Source of the DNA: an uncultured Clostridia bacterium
GTDB lineage: Bacteria > Bacillota > Clostridia > TANB77 > CAG-508
NCBI GenBank assembly: GCA_947630155.1
Contig: CANRGM010000100.1
Span: 6,866 to 70,865 of the forward strand
DNA: 64,000 bases
Direction of reading: 5' to 3'
Shown here: piece after piece, positions 49,555 through 60,526 of the stretch
Numbering within the stretch: position 1 is the stretch's first letter
Layout of the letters: each line of letters opens with the position of its first letter
Made by a program: the position numbers and the translations under genes
The notes under the pieces: model-generated
What the model saw: only the letters and a program-made list of their open reading frames with translations
Database searches by the model: none
What the model was told of the DNA's origin: nothing

Positions 49555-50628
49555 ATGGATTTAGAAAAGAAATTATATGAACTTAGGGGTGAAATTAGTG
49601 ATGACATTGCTAAAATAAAAACCGAAGAAGATAAAAAACAGTTTGCAGAAAAATATGGTTTTGATTTAAAAGAAGTTAATGATGTTATTAGCAAATGGAA
49701 AGAGTGGAAAGCAGCAATAAAGGCTAGTGAAGGAGTTCGTAGATCATCAGCAAATAATATGTCTGGAGTGGATTATTCAAGCGATATTAGGTATACACAA
49801 GGGGAGGTTACTCGTACTAATTATAAATTTATGGAAAGTATAAAAAAACAATCAATAACAAGAATTGTTAGTCAAATTAGTCCAGAGGAAATTACTCCTG
49901 AATTATTGGATACATTAAAAGGAGATAAGGAAGATCCCAATTCTAGTATGATGTTTCAAGAATGTCTAAAAAAATATGCTACACACATTAAGCCAGAGAA
50001 TGTAAATGAGGAATTTTTGAATTATTTATATGAAAATGGTTATAAAGATGAAATACCAAATCCATTGATTAGTCTTGCATATAAGACATTTTGTGATGGA
50101 AAGTCAAAAGATGAAAAAATAGAGCAACTGGAAAGCACGGTTGAAAAACAAGAAGAACTTATTTCTTTTGATGAAAAAGTAATAAAACAATTGAGTAGAA
50201 AGATTGAGATATTGCATCAGCTTACAATGAAAGCAAAGGCCACTTTTTCAATACTTGAAAGTAAAATTGGTGGTATAGGCACTAAGATACACAATCTAGG
50301 TGAAAAGATGGAACAAGAGGAATCCAAAGGAATATTTAAAATAATAGCTCAAAGAATAAAAAGGGTATTTTCAAAAACACCAATGTTGCCTGCTTCAAAT
50401 GACTGCAGTGAGATATATAGATATAGTCAAGGTATTGTATCTGATTCACAACAATGCAGATTTGATATGCAATCGTATGATGAAAGACAAAATTGGCAAT
50501 CGGTACGAGAAACTGTAAAGCAAAGACAGGATAAGAAGAAAAGTATCACAACACCTATAGAAAAGAAAGATGGAGTGATAGAATTTTATTTTGAAAAAGA
50601 AGACGGATGGGATATTGGTGATAAATAA
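49555..50628 (+). CDS. Hypothetical protein (357 aa)
   Basis: ORF with a GGAGGAGG RBS. Confidence 0.5.
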   Translation: MDLEKKLYELRGEISDDIAKIKTEEDKKQFAEKYGFDLKEVNDVISKWKEWKAAIKASEGVRRSSANNMSGVDYSSDIRYTQGEVTRTNYKFMESIKKQSITRIVSQISPEEITPELLDTLKGDKEDPNSSMMFQECLKKYATHIKPENVNEEFLNYLYENGYKDEIPNPLISLAYKTFCDGKSKDEKIEQLESTVEKQEELISFDEKVIKQLSRKIEILHQLTMKAKATFSILESKIGGIGTKIHNLGEKMEQEESKGIFKIIAQRIKRVFSKTPMLPASNDCSEIYRYSQGIVSDSQQCRFDMQSYDERQNWQSVRETVKQRQDKKKSITTPIEKKDGVIEFYFEKEDGWDIGDK

Positions 50629-50696
50629 AAATAATATAAAGGAAAGAGATTGGAAAATTAATAAATAATAAATAAAATATAAAGGGGGAAATTCAA

Positions 50697-51572
50697 TTGA
50701 AAAATAAAGTATGTTATGGGAATTTTAAGATGAATAGAAAGATGGTTATGAAAAGAAAATTAATTAGTATTGGTTTAGTAATAGTTATGATATTAGGGTT
50801 ATTTGCACTATCAGGTTGTAACAGTAAAGAAGAAATTAAAGTTCAAGAGAACAATCCACAAACAGTATCAATGAATAAAAATATAGAAAACACAGCTGAG
50901 ATTCATATAGTTGATGTAATTGACAATTTTTGGTCTGAAAATTTAGATATTAATTTAACACAAGAGGAAACAGAACAATTTGTGAAATATTTATGCTCTA
51001 CACAGGGAGAAAATAAAAAAATTGGTTGGAAACCAGATTACAAGCTTCAATGTATTGATAAAGAAGGAAAATTGATTATGGAGTTTGGAATGGCTTATAA
51101 TATGTTTACAGATTACAATGGAGTAACATATTATAAATCAGATGAAATGATGCAATATGTAGACACGATTGAGAAAAAATATAAATTAACTTCGCTTGAT
51201 GGTAGAATCGCTGAACCAGGAGAATCATTTTTTTATTTCTTAGATAAATGTACAGAGGGAGTTTTTGAGAAGGATTTTGGTCTACATGAAGGAAAGACAT
51301 ATATGTATTACGAAAATATATACAATATAACGAAAGAGGATATAGAAGAACTAGTTAAATTAATAAATGATATTGAATTGAATCCATCAGAAAATTCAGA
51401 TTTACCAGGTGATAGTGATCATATTTATTTAATATATAATGATGAAAACGAGGATCACGTTATGTACAATTTTATAATTTGTGAAAATGGTGATATTTAT
51501 TGTAATGGATACAAAATTACAGGAAGAGGAATAGAACAATGGATGGAGTATTTAGATGAAAAATATAAATAA
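50697..51572 (+). CDS. Lipoprotein (lipobox LSGC), function unknown
   Basis: TTG start after an AAGGGGGA RBS; signal peptide MKRKLISIGLVIVMILGLFALSGC; paralogous signal peptide at ORF 57550. Confidence 0.55.
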   Translation: MKNKVCYGNFKMNRKMVMKRKLISIGLVIVMILGLFALSGCNSKEEIKVQENNPQTVSMNKNIENTAEIHIVDVIDNFWSENLDINLTQEETEQFVKYLCSTQGENKKIGWKPDYKLQCIDKEGKLIMEFGMAYNMFTDYNGVTYYKSDEMMQYVDTIEKKYKLTSLDGRIAEPGESFFYFLDKCTEGVFEKDFGLHEGKTYMYYENIYNITKEDIEELVKLINDIELNPSENSDLPGDSDHIYLIYNDENEDHVMYNFIICENGDIYCNGYKITGRGIEQWMEYLDEKYK

Positions 51573-51650
51573 TAAAATGTTGTATATAATAATGACATTT
51601 TAGAAGTTATAACTGAAAGAATTAAAAATTTAATATATAGGAAAAAACAT

Positions 51651-53627
51651 ATGAAAAATGAAAATAAAAAAACAAACAAAAAAGCTATAATTACAATAAT
51701 TGTAGTAATTATTGTGATAGGAGCACTTGTAACAACGGGACTATTTTTTACTGTAAAGTATTTAAAAAATTCTAAAACAAGTGACAAGGAAAAAGATGAA
51801 ATTATAAAAGAAGAATCACAAGCAGGAACAAAAACCCTAATGATTTATATGTGTGGTTCAGACTTAGAAAGTGGTGGAGGAATTGCAACAAGTAATCTAC
51901 AAGACCTTATAGCATCAAAAGTTGACTATGATAATATAAATGTAATTTTATGTGCTGGTGGATCAACAAAATGGCATAACAACGACATTTCTAAAACAGA
52001 AACATCATATTTTAAGGTTACAGATGATGGTTTGGAAATGATAAAAAAACAATCTAAACAAGATATGGCAAACAGTAAAACCTTAACGAATTTTATTGAT
52101 TATACTTATGATAATTATAAAACTGATGAATATTATTTTATGTTTTGGGATCATGGCTGTGCATTAGTTGGATTAGAATTAGATGAATTCTCTGAACGTA
52201 CATTAAGTTTAAAAGACTTGAATACAGGTTTAAAAAATTCAAAATTAAATAAGGATAACAAAAAATTCGACCTAGTAATACTAAACAATTGCCTTATGGG
52301 AAGCTTAGAAGTGGCAAACATCATTTCTAATTATGCAGATTATCTTGTGGCATCTGAGGATGTAATGTATGGGGGATCTGAAATAACAACATTTGAGTTT
52401 TTAGAAGGAATAAAGAAAAACGATGGTGCAGAAGAAATAGGTAAAAGTTATATTGATACATACACAAAAGCAATGAAAAAAGGAAATCCTGGAACCTATA
52501 TTACACTTGCATTACTAGATTTAAGTAAAATTGAAAATGTAGTTAGTGAGTTAGATGAATATATTGGAGACATTAAATTAGATGAAACAAGTTTTAAAAA
52601 GATTGCAAAAATAAGGGCAGGAGTATATGAGTATCAAAAAACAGATGATTACTACGATATGGTTGATTTACATCAATTAGTAACAAAATTGGGATCAGTT
52701 AATAGCAATAATAAAAATTTATTAAAAGCAATTAAAGATGCAGTAATATATAAATCAGTAACAGATCCATATTCTAACGGAATTTCAATGTATTTCCCAG
52801 AAACTTATGATTGGTCACCAATATATGAAACAATAGATTTTTCAAATACATATGAAACTTTTGCTAAAAAATATATTGATATATATACAGGAAAGAAAAA
52901 ACCAAGCAGTTTTGCAGTAGCGGCAAAAGATGTAGCTAAAATAGATACAGGATTTTCAATGCAATTAACAGATGAGGAAAAGTCAGAATACAAAAGCTCA
53001 CAATTTGTTATATTTGAAGATAATGGTGATGGTACATATAACACAATTTTGACCTCATCTGATACACAGATATATGATAATGGAGTTATAAAAGCAAATA
53101 TAGACAATAAATTGCTTTCAGTTATAGATAAATCTGATGGAACGGTTTTCCCATTAGGCTATATATTTGAAACAGATAGAACTGAAGATTATATTATGTA
53201 TGATGTTCCAATTATATTGGCAGAACCTTATGGAGAAGATTATATTTCTCATACAACGGTCGCATTAATGAGTATAAAGGTGTATAATGATGGCAAAATA
53301 GAGAAACTAGCAACCCGTGATTGGTCTTCAACTTCAGGAGTAGAAGGAAAAACAACTTCAAATGGAGCAATTTTAGATATTACTGATTCAAGCAAATATA
53401 ATTCAATATATTTTATAAAATCTGCTAGAAAAATAGAGTTTGATGAAAATGGCAATTATCAAAAATTAGGTGAACTGTCATCTACACGAGGAGTTTCAAT
53501 TGATGTAAATAGTGAATTTACATTTGAGAAAACAGATTTAGATCCAGATAAGAAGTATGTTGGAGTGTTTGTTGTAACAGATGTTTATGATAATAAATAT
53601 TCTTCTAAATTGATTGATATTAAATAA
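51651..53627 (+). CDS. Membrane-anchored peptidase C11 (clostripain-like) family protein, copy A
   Basis: N-terminal TM; FWDHG (catalytic His) and NNCLMG (catalytic Cys) motifs; 658 aa; about 90% identical to copy B. Confidence 0.7.
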   Translation: MKNENKKTNKKAIITIIVVIIVIGALVTTGLFFTVKYLKNSKTSDKEKDEIIKEESQAGTKTLMIYMCGSDLESGGGIATSNLQDLIASKVDYDNINVILCAGGSTKWHNNDISKTETSYFKVTDDGLEMIKKQSKQDMANSKTLTNFIDYTYDNYKTDEYYFMFWDHGCALVGLELDEFSERTLSLKDLNTGLKNSKLNKDNKKFDLVILNNCLMGSLEVANIISNYADYLVASEDVMYGGSEITTFEFLEGIKKNDGAEEIGKSYIDTYTKAMKKGNPGTYITLALLDLSKIENVVSELDEYIGDIKLDETSFKKIAKIRAGVYEYQKTDDYYDMVDLHQLVTKLGSVNSNNKNLLKAIKDAVIYKSVTDPYSNGISMYFPETYDWSPIYETIDFSNTYETFAKKYIDIYTGKKKPSSFAVAAKDVAKIDTGFSMQLTDEEKSEYKSSQFVIFEDNGDGTYNTILTSSDTQIYDNGVIKANIDNKLLSVIDKSDGTVFPLGYIFETDRTEDYIMYDVPIILAEPYGEDYISHTTVALMSIKVYNDGKIEKLATRDWSSTSGVEGKTTSNGAILDITDSSKYNSIYFIKSARKIEFDENGNYQKLGELSSTRGVSIDVNSEFTFEKTDLDPDKKYVGVFVVTDVYDNKYSSKLIDIK

Positions 53628-53743
53628 TTGTTTTTTAGGAAAAGACTTATTTTTTGCTAAATTAAAATATTTCTAATAAAAAAAGGTTTATGGGATACTC
53701 CTACATAAAATCCCAAATATATTATATAAAGGAATGATTTAAA

Positions 53744-54376
53744 ATGAAGAAAAAAGTTTTAGCAAGTATATTATTTTTAGTTGTTATATTTGATTTAATT
53801 ATTATGGGACAAGGAGTTAAGGCATACTCAAATGATGATTTTTCAATAGATATTCCATCAACATATAAAAGTAGTGGAACAAATATGTGGGTAAAATCTA
53901 ATGGAGACAATATAAATGTACAAATTAATTCTTATGATGATGACATAACAGAATCATTAGATAAATATTTTGAAGAACTTATTGATGAAATAGAAAAGGA
54001 AGATATGTATTCAAGTATAGATACAAAAGAAATCATAGAGATTACTAAAAATAATTATAAGTGTATGCATATAACAGCGAAAATAAGCGGTTATTCAGTA
54101 TATGCAGATCAATATTTAATTTTATCAGATAAGAACATGTGCACTATTACATTTACATCAAGTTCAAAAAGTTATTTCTCATCTGATGAGGCTGAAGATA
54201 TTTTAGATTCTTTTACAATAAAAGATTATAAAGAACCTGAAGTTAAAAGTAAAAGTGTGAAAATGGCTGAAAGTGTAGCAAGTGGAGCTTTAAGAGGTGT
54301 AATTATAGGTGCAGTTATAGGAGCAGTAGTAGGAATTATTATGGCAATAAAGAAAAAGTCAAATAAAAATGTGTAG
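53744..54376 (+). CDS. Secreted protein with C-terminal TM anchor (210 aa)
   Basis: Signal peptide and C-terminal GALRGVIIGAVIGAVVGIIMAIKKK. Confidence 0.5.
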   Translation: MKKKVLASILFLVVIFDLIIMGQGVKAYSNDDFSIDIPSTYKSSGTNMWVKSNGDNINVQINSYDDDITESLDKYFEELIDEIEKEDMYSSIDTKEIIEITKNNYKCMHITAKISGYSVYADQYLILSDKNMCTITFTSSSKSYFSSDEAEDILDSFTIKDYKEPEVKSKSVKMAESVASGALRGVIIGAVIGAVVGIIMAIKKKSNKNV

Positions 54377-54529
54377 AGTAATAGATAGAAAAAATGGAAG
54401 GACAGAGTAAAATGAAAGATGTAATCCATGTAAAAGTTTCCTCAATAGAAGAAGTAAAAAATTTTGATGACATGATTGACAATTATAAGGCAAATAAATA
54501 GAAAAAATTATTAAAGGAGAGAAACAAAA

Positions 54530-55142
54530 ATGAAGAAAAAAATGTTAGTAATTATATCTGTAATAGTTATCTTATTTGCAATAGTAGGTGGAATTATAAT
54601 ACACAAAAATACTGTTAAACCAATAGTTATATGGAAAGGCAGTGTTGGAGAATGGACAGATTTTTATGGGTTAGAGATACAAATATACGAAAATGGAAAA
54701 TGTAAGTTAATTGGTAATGGAAATGTTGGAATAGGTCAAACAGTTTCGTTTAGAGTAGAAAAAAATAAAGTTGAAGAATTACAACGAAAGATTGATGAAT
54801 TAAAATTCAGAGATATAAGTGAACACATTACTATTGGGGCTGTGGATTATCCATCTAGTTCTATTACTGTAAATTATAAAGATAAACAATCTCACACAGT
54901 ACGTAAATCAGTTGGTACTAGTAATAAACGGAGAAGAATGGGAGTTTAACAGTTATGGCGAATTTTCAAAAGAAATATGGTCATTAGTTCCAAAAGAAAA
55001 GCAAAACAAGTTGGAAGCTAAAATCAAGGAACCATTATTTGAAACAGTGATATCGAGAGCTTGTGCTGTTTTTGGAGTTGGAATAGTAGTATTGATAATT
55101 GCAGTATTTATTTTAAATAAAAAAGAAAAGAAAAATAGTTAG
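54530..55142 (+). pseudogene. Secreted/TM-anchored protein apparently split by a frameshift (ORFs 54530..54949 and 54912..55142)
   Basis: First ORF has a signal peptide; second ORF (TTG start, overlapping) ends in a TM anchor plus KK tail, the same architecture as the upstream gene. Confidence 0.4.
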
Positions 55143-55231
55143 TTTAAGTTTAATAATAAAAATCAGATGAAATGAGACACTATGTAGAAGCAATTGAGAA
55201 AAAATATAAATAATATTTAGGAGAAAAACAT

Positions 55232-57208
55232 ATGAAAAATGAAAATAAAAAAACAAACAAAAAAGCTATAATCACAATAATTGTAGCAGTTATTGTGATA
55301 GGAGCACTTGTAACAACGGGACTATTTTTTACGGTAAAGTATTTAAAAAATTCTAAAACAAGTGAAAAGGAAAAAGATGAAATTATAAAAGAAGATTCGC
55401 AAACAGGAACAAAAACCTTAATGATTTATATGTGTGGTTCAGACTTAGAAAGTGGTGGAGGAATTGCAACAAGTAATCTACAAGACCTTATTTCATCAAA
55501 AATTGATTATGACAATATAAACATAATTTTGTGTGCTGGAGGTTCAAGCAAGTGGTATAACAATGATATTTCAAAAACAGAAACATCATATTTCAAGGTT
55601 ACAGATGATGGTTTAGAAATTATAAAAAAACAATCTAAACAAGATATGGCAAGTAGCACAACATTAACAAATTTTATTGATTACACTTATGACAATTATA
55701 AAACTGATGAATATTATTTTATGTTTTGGGATCATGGTTGTGCATTAGTTGGACTAGAAGTAGATGAACTATCAGAAAACATATTAAGTTTAAAAGATTT
55801 GAACACAGGTTTAAAAAATTCAAAATTAAATAAAGCAAATAAAAAATTCAACATGGTAATATTAAATAATTGTCTTATGGGAAGCCTAGAAGTTGCAAAC
55901 ATTATGTCTAATTATGCAGATTATCTTGTAGCATCTGAAGACGTAATGTATGGTGGATATGGAATAACAACTTTTGATTTTTTAGCAGGAATAAAGAAAA
56001 GTGATGATGCTGTAAAAATAGGCAAAAGTTATATAGACACATATACAAAAGCAATGAAGAAAACAAATCCAGGAACTTATATTACATTTGCCTTACTAGA
56101 TTTAAGTAAAATTGAAAATGTTGTTAGCGAAGTAGATAAATATTTTGGAGAAATTAAATTAGATGAAACAAGTTTTAAAAAGATTGCAAAAATAAGGGCA
56201 GGAGTATATGAGTATCAAAAAACAGAGGATTGCTACGATATGGTTGACCTACATCAATTAGTAACAAAATTACAATCAATAAACAGTAACAACAAAAATT
56301 TATTAAAAGCAATCGAAGATGCAGTTATATACAAATCTGTAACAGATCCATATTCTAACGGAATTTCAATGTATTTTCCAGAATCTTTTGATTGGTCACC
56401 AATATATAAAACAATAGATTTTTCAAATACATATAAAACTTTTGCTCAAAACTATATTGATATATATACAGGAAAGAAAAATGCAAGTAGCTTTGCAGTA
56501 AAGGCAAAAGATGTAGTAAAAATAGATACAGGATTTTCAATGCAATTAACAGATGAGGAAAAGTCAGAATATAAAAGCTCACAATTTGTTATATTTGAAG
56601 ATAATGGTGATGGTACATATAACACAATTTTGACATCATCTGATACACAAATAGATGATAATGGAGTTATAAAAGCAAATATAGACAATAAATTGCTTTC
56701 AGTTATAGACAAATCTGATGGAACAGTTTTCCCATTAGGCTACATATTTGAAACAGATAGAACTGAAGATTATGTTATGTATGATGTTCCAATTATATTG
56801 GCAGAACCTTATGGAGAAGATTATATTTCTCATACAACGGTCGCATTAATGAGTATAAAGGTGTATAATGATGGTAAAATAGAAAAACTAGCAACACGTA
56901 ATTGGTCTTCAACTTCAGGAGTAGAGGGAAAAACAACTTCAAATGGAGCAATTTTAGATATTACTGATTCAAGCAAATATAGTTCAATATATTTTATAAA
57001 ATCTGCTAGAAAAATAGATGTTGATGAAAATGGTAATTATGAAAAATTAGGTGAACTATCATCTACACGAGGAGTTTCAATTGATGTAAATAGTGAATTT
57101 ACATTTGAGAAAACAGATTTAGATCCAAACAAGAAATATGTTGGAGTGTTTGTTGTGACAGATGTTTATGATAATAAATATTCATCTAAATTGATTGATA
57201 TTAAATAA
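55232..57208 (+). CDS. Membrane-anchored peptidase C11 (clostripain-like) family protein, copy B
   Basis: Same motifs as copy A; 658 aa; flanking non-coding sequence is also duplicated. Confidence 0.7.
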   Translation: MKNENKKTNKKAIITIIVAVIVIGALVTTGLFFTVKYLKNSKTSEKEKDEIIKEDSQTGTKTLMIYMCGSDLESGGGIATSNLQDLISSKIDYDNINIILCAGGSSKWYNNDISKTETSYFKVTDDGLEIIKKQSKQDMASSTTLTNFIDYTYDNYKTDEYYFMFWDHGCALVGLEVDELSENILSLKDLNTGLKNSKLNKANKKFNMVILNNCLMGSLEVANIMSNYADYLVASEDVMYGGYGITTFDFLAGIKKSDDAVKIGKSYIDTYTKAMKKTNPGTYITFALLDLSKIENVVSEVDKYFGEIKLDETSFKKIAKIRAGVYEYQKTEDCYDMVDLHQLVTKLQSINSNNKNLLKAIEDAVIYKSVTDPYSNGISMYFPESFDWSPIYKTIDFSNTYKTFAQNYIDIYTGKKNASSFAVKAKDVVKIDTGFSMQLTDEEKSEYKSSQFVIFEDNGDGTYNTILTSSDTQIDDNGVIKANIDNKLLSVIDKSDGTVFPLGYIFETDRTEDYVMYDVPIILAEPYGEDYISHTTVALMSIKVYNDGKIEKLATRNWSSTSGVEGKTTSNGAILDITDSSKYSSIYFIKSARKIDVDENGNYEKLGELSSTRGVSIDVNSEFTFEKTDLDPNKKYVGVFVVTDVYDNKYSSKLIDIK

Positions 57209-57549
57209 TTGTTTTTTAGGAAAAGACTTGTTTTCTGTTAAATTAAAATATTTCTGATATATTTTATATATACCAACAAAAATAGTAAGAAAAATCATCT
57301 AAATTATAGTATGTATTTATATAAGTTTATAAGAAAGAGGTAATGAAAATATGTTTTGGAAAGTAGTTACACTAATTGCACTTGCTTGGGGAGTATTTTA
57401 TATATATCACAGAAAATACCAGAAAAAAGTGAATCAAATTTTTATAGGAACAGTTGTAGATACAGAGTTCGTAGATTTGGGTATATGTTGTAAACATATT
57501 ATAACTGCTAAAATGGGTTTATAATAGTAAAAATATGAGGAGGATAATT

Positions 57550-58188
57550 ATGAGAAGAAAATTAATTAGTATTGATTTAATAATAGTTATGATAATAGGG
57601 TTATTTGCACTATCAGGTTGCAACAACAAAAAGGAAAATGAATTAGATCCAAATAAAGAGTATGTTAAAATAAATATTCCTGAGAATGGTTCTACAGTAA
57701 ATAATAGTATGTATGTAATTTTAGATGAAAATATTATAAAATATAAAACTTCTGAAAAAGAAGATGATAGCAAATACAAAGATGATGTAGGATATTCATT
57801 AGATGTAGAATATTATTTTGAGGGGATTAAAGAAGGGAATACTGAAATTTGGGTTATCGATCTGAATCCAGGAGAGACTCGTTCTATTATTAAATATGAG
57901 ATTAGTGTAGATAGTAATTTAAATGCTAAAATAATAAATTCTCCAGAAAAACAGTACAAAAAAATTAAATGTGGATATCTTGATAATGTTGTTGAAGAAA
58001 GTCAAGTAATTATAGATGACAAAAATATTGCACGAGATGTTAGTATTTGGAGATGCCCAAATGAAGTAAATATTGTTGGAATAAGGGAAGGAAATACAAC
58101 AATGACTATAAGAGATAAAGATAATACAGAGAAAAAATATACTGTTAAAGTTGATGCTAATTTGAATGTTGAATTAGAAGAAATGTAA
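57550..58188 (+). CDS. Lipoprotein (lipobox LSGC), function unknown
   Basis: Met at 57550 follows a GAGGAGGA RBS; signal peptide MRRKLISIDLIIVMIIGLFALSGC. Confidence 0.55.
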   Translation: MRRKLISIDLIIVMIIGLFALSGCNNKKENELDPNKEYVKINIPENGSTVNNSMYVILDENIIKYKTSEKEDDSKYKDDVGYSLDVEYYFEGIKEGNTEIWVIDLNPGETRSIIKYEISVDSNLNAKIINSPEKQYKKIKCGYLDNVVEESQVIIDDKNIARDVSIWRCPNEVNIVGIREGNTTMTIRDKDNTEKKYTVKVDANLNVELEEM

Positions 58189-58207
58189 AGGAAGACGTAA
58201 AATATAG

Positions 58208-58546
58208 ATGAAAATAATTATAAAAATAGTTATTTTAGCAGTTATAGTATTAATGTCAATTTTTTCAATAAATGTATATGCTACACAAAACCAAACGTCA
58301 GACGAGCAAACTGCTAAAAGTATATTAGATATAAAAACAAAAGAACCTGATGAAAAAGAGGCTTTTATAAAAAAGTATGGTTCAGAAAAGGGAATGTCTG
58401 AATATTGGAAATATAAAATTAGTATCTACTTTATACCATCAATAACGCTCCTTTCAGTAATTGTAGGTATTATATTGGGAATACTTTTAGTAAAAATTAT
58501 TAAGGGTAAAAATAAAAAGAAACAAAAGAATGAATGGAGTGAGTGA
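58208..58546 (+). CDS. Small membrane protein (112 aa; signal/TM and C-terminal TM plus Lys-rich tail)
   Basis: ORF; its 3' end lies inside the left 84-bp direct repeat. Confidence 0.5.
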   Translation: MKIIIKIVILAVIVLMSIFSINVYATQNQTSDEQTAKSILDIKTKEPDEKEAFIKKYGSEKGMSEYWKYKISIYFIPSITLLSVIVGIILGILLVKIIKGKNKKKQKNEWSE

Positions 58547-58579
58547 ATTTATGAAAATATTAGTGAAACAAACCAATAA
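58496..58579 (+). repeat. Left copy of an 84-bp direct repeat (right copy at 61300..61383, about 4 mismatches)
   Basis: ATTATTAAGGGTAAAAATAAAAAGAAACAAAAGAATGAATGGAGTGAGTGAATTTATGAAAATATTAGTGAAACAAACCAATAA compared with the copy at 61300. Confidence 0.8.
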
Positions 58580-58597
58580 TGAAGGAATGAGCAAACT

Positions 58598-59692
58598 ATG
58601 GAAAAGGTAAGAAAAATAATTAATTATGGAAAAGCAGAGGTTTTAAGTATTGAAAAAGAAAAATTATCAAAAGAGCCAGATTTAAGAAATCTATTCTGGG
58701 AAACAACTCTAAGATGTAATTCAAAATGCAAACACTGCGGAAGTAGAGCAGGAGAATGTGATACTTTAAAAGATGAGTTAACAACAGATGAAATAAAAAA
58801 AGCATTTAAAGATATTGCTGAAAAGATTGAACCCAATAAAATTCTAATAAATGTTACAGGAGGAGAGCCATTACTAAGGAAAGATCTATTTGAAGTAATG
58901 GATTATGCACATAACGAACTTGGTTTTAGATGGGGAATTACCACAAACGGCTTACTTATAAATGATGACATTATTGAAAAAATGAAGAAAACAGGCTTAG
59001 CCACTATGTCTATAAGTCTTGATGGACTGGAAGATACTCATGATAAGTTTAGAGGCGTAGAAGGTAGCTTTTCAAAAACAGTTGAAAATATTAAAAAATT
59101 ACAAAATGATAAATTCTTAAGAGCTTTTCAAATTACTACGGTAGTAAACAAGTTGAACATAAATGAACTAAACGAAATGTATAAGTTAATGGAAGATTTA
59201 GAAGTAGATTCGTGGAGAGTTATAAATATGGATCCAATAGGACGTGCATTAGATAACGATAATTTATCATTGGATGCTAATGATTACAAATATGTATTTA
59301 ACTTTATGCAGGAGCAGAATAAAAAATCAAAATTTGACATTACATACGGATGTTCCCACTATTTAGGAATGGACAGAGAATATTCTATTAGAAATTTTGG
59401 ATTCTTCTGTTTCGCAGGTTTTACAGTTGCAAGTATATTATATAATGGTGATATATATGTATGTCCTGATGTTGAAAGAAGAAAAGAGCTAATACAAGGT
59501 AATGTTAAATACGATAATTTTGCTGATGTTTGGTTTAATAAATTTGAATGGTTTAGAAATTTAGATAAGCTTAAATGTGGAAAATGTGCTAACTGTAAGG
59601 ATTGGAAATATTGTAGAGGTGATTCGCTTCACACATGGGATTTTGATAAAAAAGAGCCCAAATTATGTATCAATAATTTATTAAAACAATAA
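58598..59692 (+). CDS. Radical SAM enzyme with C-terminal SPASM domain (anSME-like architecture, no N-terminal RRE)
   Basis: CNSKCKHC (Cx3Cx2C) at residues about 41-48; C-terminal Cys cluster CSHY...CFAGF...CPD...CGKCANCKDWKYC; 364 aa. Confidence 0.8.
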   Translation: MEKVRKIINYGKAEVLSIEKEKLSKEPDLRNLFWETTLRCNSKCKHCGSRAGECDTLKDELTTDEIKKAFKDIAEKIEPNKILINVTGGEPLLRKDLFEVMDYAHNELGFRWGITTNGLLINDDIIEKMKKTGLATMSISLDGLEDTHDKFRGVEGSFSKTVENIKKLQNDKFLRAFQITTVVNKLNINELNEMYKLMEDLEVDSWRVINMDPIGRALDNDNLSLDANDYKYVFNFMQEQNKKSKFDITYGCSHYLGMDREYSIRNFGFFCFAGFTVASILYNGDIYVCPDVERRKELIQGNVKYDNFADVWFNKFEWFRNLDKLKCGKCANCKDWKYCRGDSLHTWDFDKKEPKLCINNLLKQ

Positions 59693-59736
59693 AACAATAA
59701 ATATATTATATAAATTTATCAAGGGAGGTAATTTTT

Positions 59737-60081
59737 ATGAAAAAAATTTTTAAGAAGATATTAGGAGGAATTAGTGCTTTTATAATTGGAGCACAAACAA
59801 AGATATTCGCGGCAAATCAAACAGAAGTATATGGACCACCACCAGACCAACTAATTGATGAAGAACAATACGGTCAGCTACCAACAACATCACATATGGA
59901 AGTTTCATCAACAATAACAGGGGCACAGATTGTGTCAATCATTGCTTCAATATTGTTATTTATTATTGGTGTAGTTGTAATTTTAAATAAGAAAATATCT
60001 AAGAAAGTAAAAATTATAGTTAGCAGTATAATTGCTATATTAATTGTAGGTCTAGTTGTATTTTGCGTATTTTTTAATTAA
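59737..60081 (+). CDS. Small secreted/membrane protein (114 aa)
   Basis: Signal peptide, then a short Pro/Gln-rich segment (YGPPPDQLIDEEQYGQLPTTSH), then two TM helices separated by a KK stretch. Confidence 0.5.
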   Translation: MKKIFKKILGGISAFIIGAQTKIFAANQTEVYGPPPDQLIDEEQYGQLPTTSHMEVSSTITGAQIVSIIASILLFIIGVVVILNKKISKKVKIIVSSIIAILIVGLVVFCVFFN

Positions 60082-60152
60082 GTAACAATATAAGAGGAGT
60101 ATATAAAAAATATGGTTAAGAAAATGGATATTTATGAAAGGTAGGAAAGCAA

Positions 60153-60509
60153 ATGAGAAAAGTAAAAATAATAAGAAAAAAATCAATTTATGGGTGTATA
60201 GGAAAAATAAAAATTTATATGGCTTGTGAAGATGGGGATTTCGAGGTAAACGAAATAAAGTGTAAGCAAGTGGGAGCAATAAAAAATGGAAAAGAAATAG
60301 AAATCGAAATAAGTGATGGTAAGGTATTGCTTATTGCATTAACTGACAAAATGACTAAAGATATAATAAACGATAAAATTTTAATATTAGAAGGAAACGA
60401 AGATTTAACAATCTCAGGTGTGTTTGGGAAAGAAGCAGGATTTATACAAGGCATAAATATAAATGTTTTTAGATTTGATAATGGAATAGAAAACACTCAA
60501 AAAGTATAG
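60153..60509 (+). CDS. Hypothetical soluble protein (118 aa, 3 Cys near the N-terminus)
   Basis: ORF. Confidence 0.45.
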   Translation: MRKVKIIRKKSIYGCIGKIKIYMACEDGDFEVNEIKCKQVGAIKNGKEIEIEISDGKVLLIALTDKMTKDIINDKILILEGNEDLTISGVFGKEAGFIQGININVFRFDNGIENTQKV

Positions 60510-60526
60510 TAAGGAGGTTCAATACT

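Noticed and set aside
49284-49694. 136-aa minus-strand ORF spanning the 18-bp hairpin and the start of ORF 49555
   Set aside because: Low-complexity hydrophobic translation with no RBS; overlaps a well-supported plus-strand gene and a strong hairpin, so likely spurious.
59737-60081. LPTTS in the 114-aa protein as a sortase cell-wall sorting signal
   Set aside because: The hydrophobic segment and KK tail are followed by a second TM helix, and there are 14 residues between LPTTS and the helix. It is more likely a simple 2-TM membrane protein, and is noted only as a possibility.
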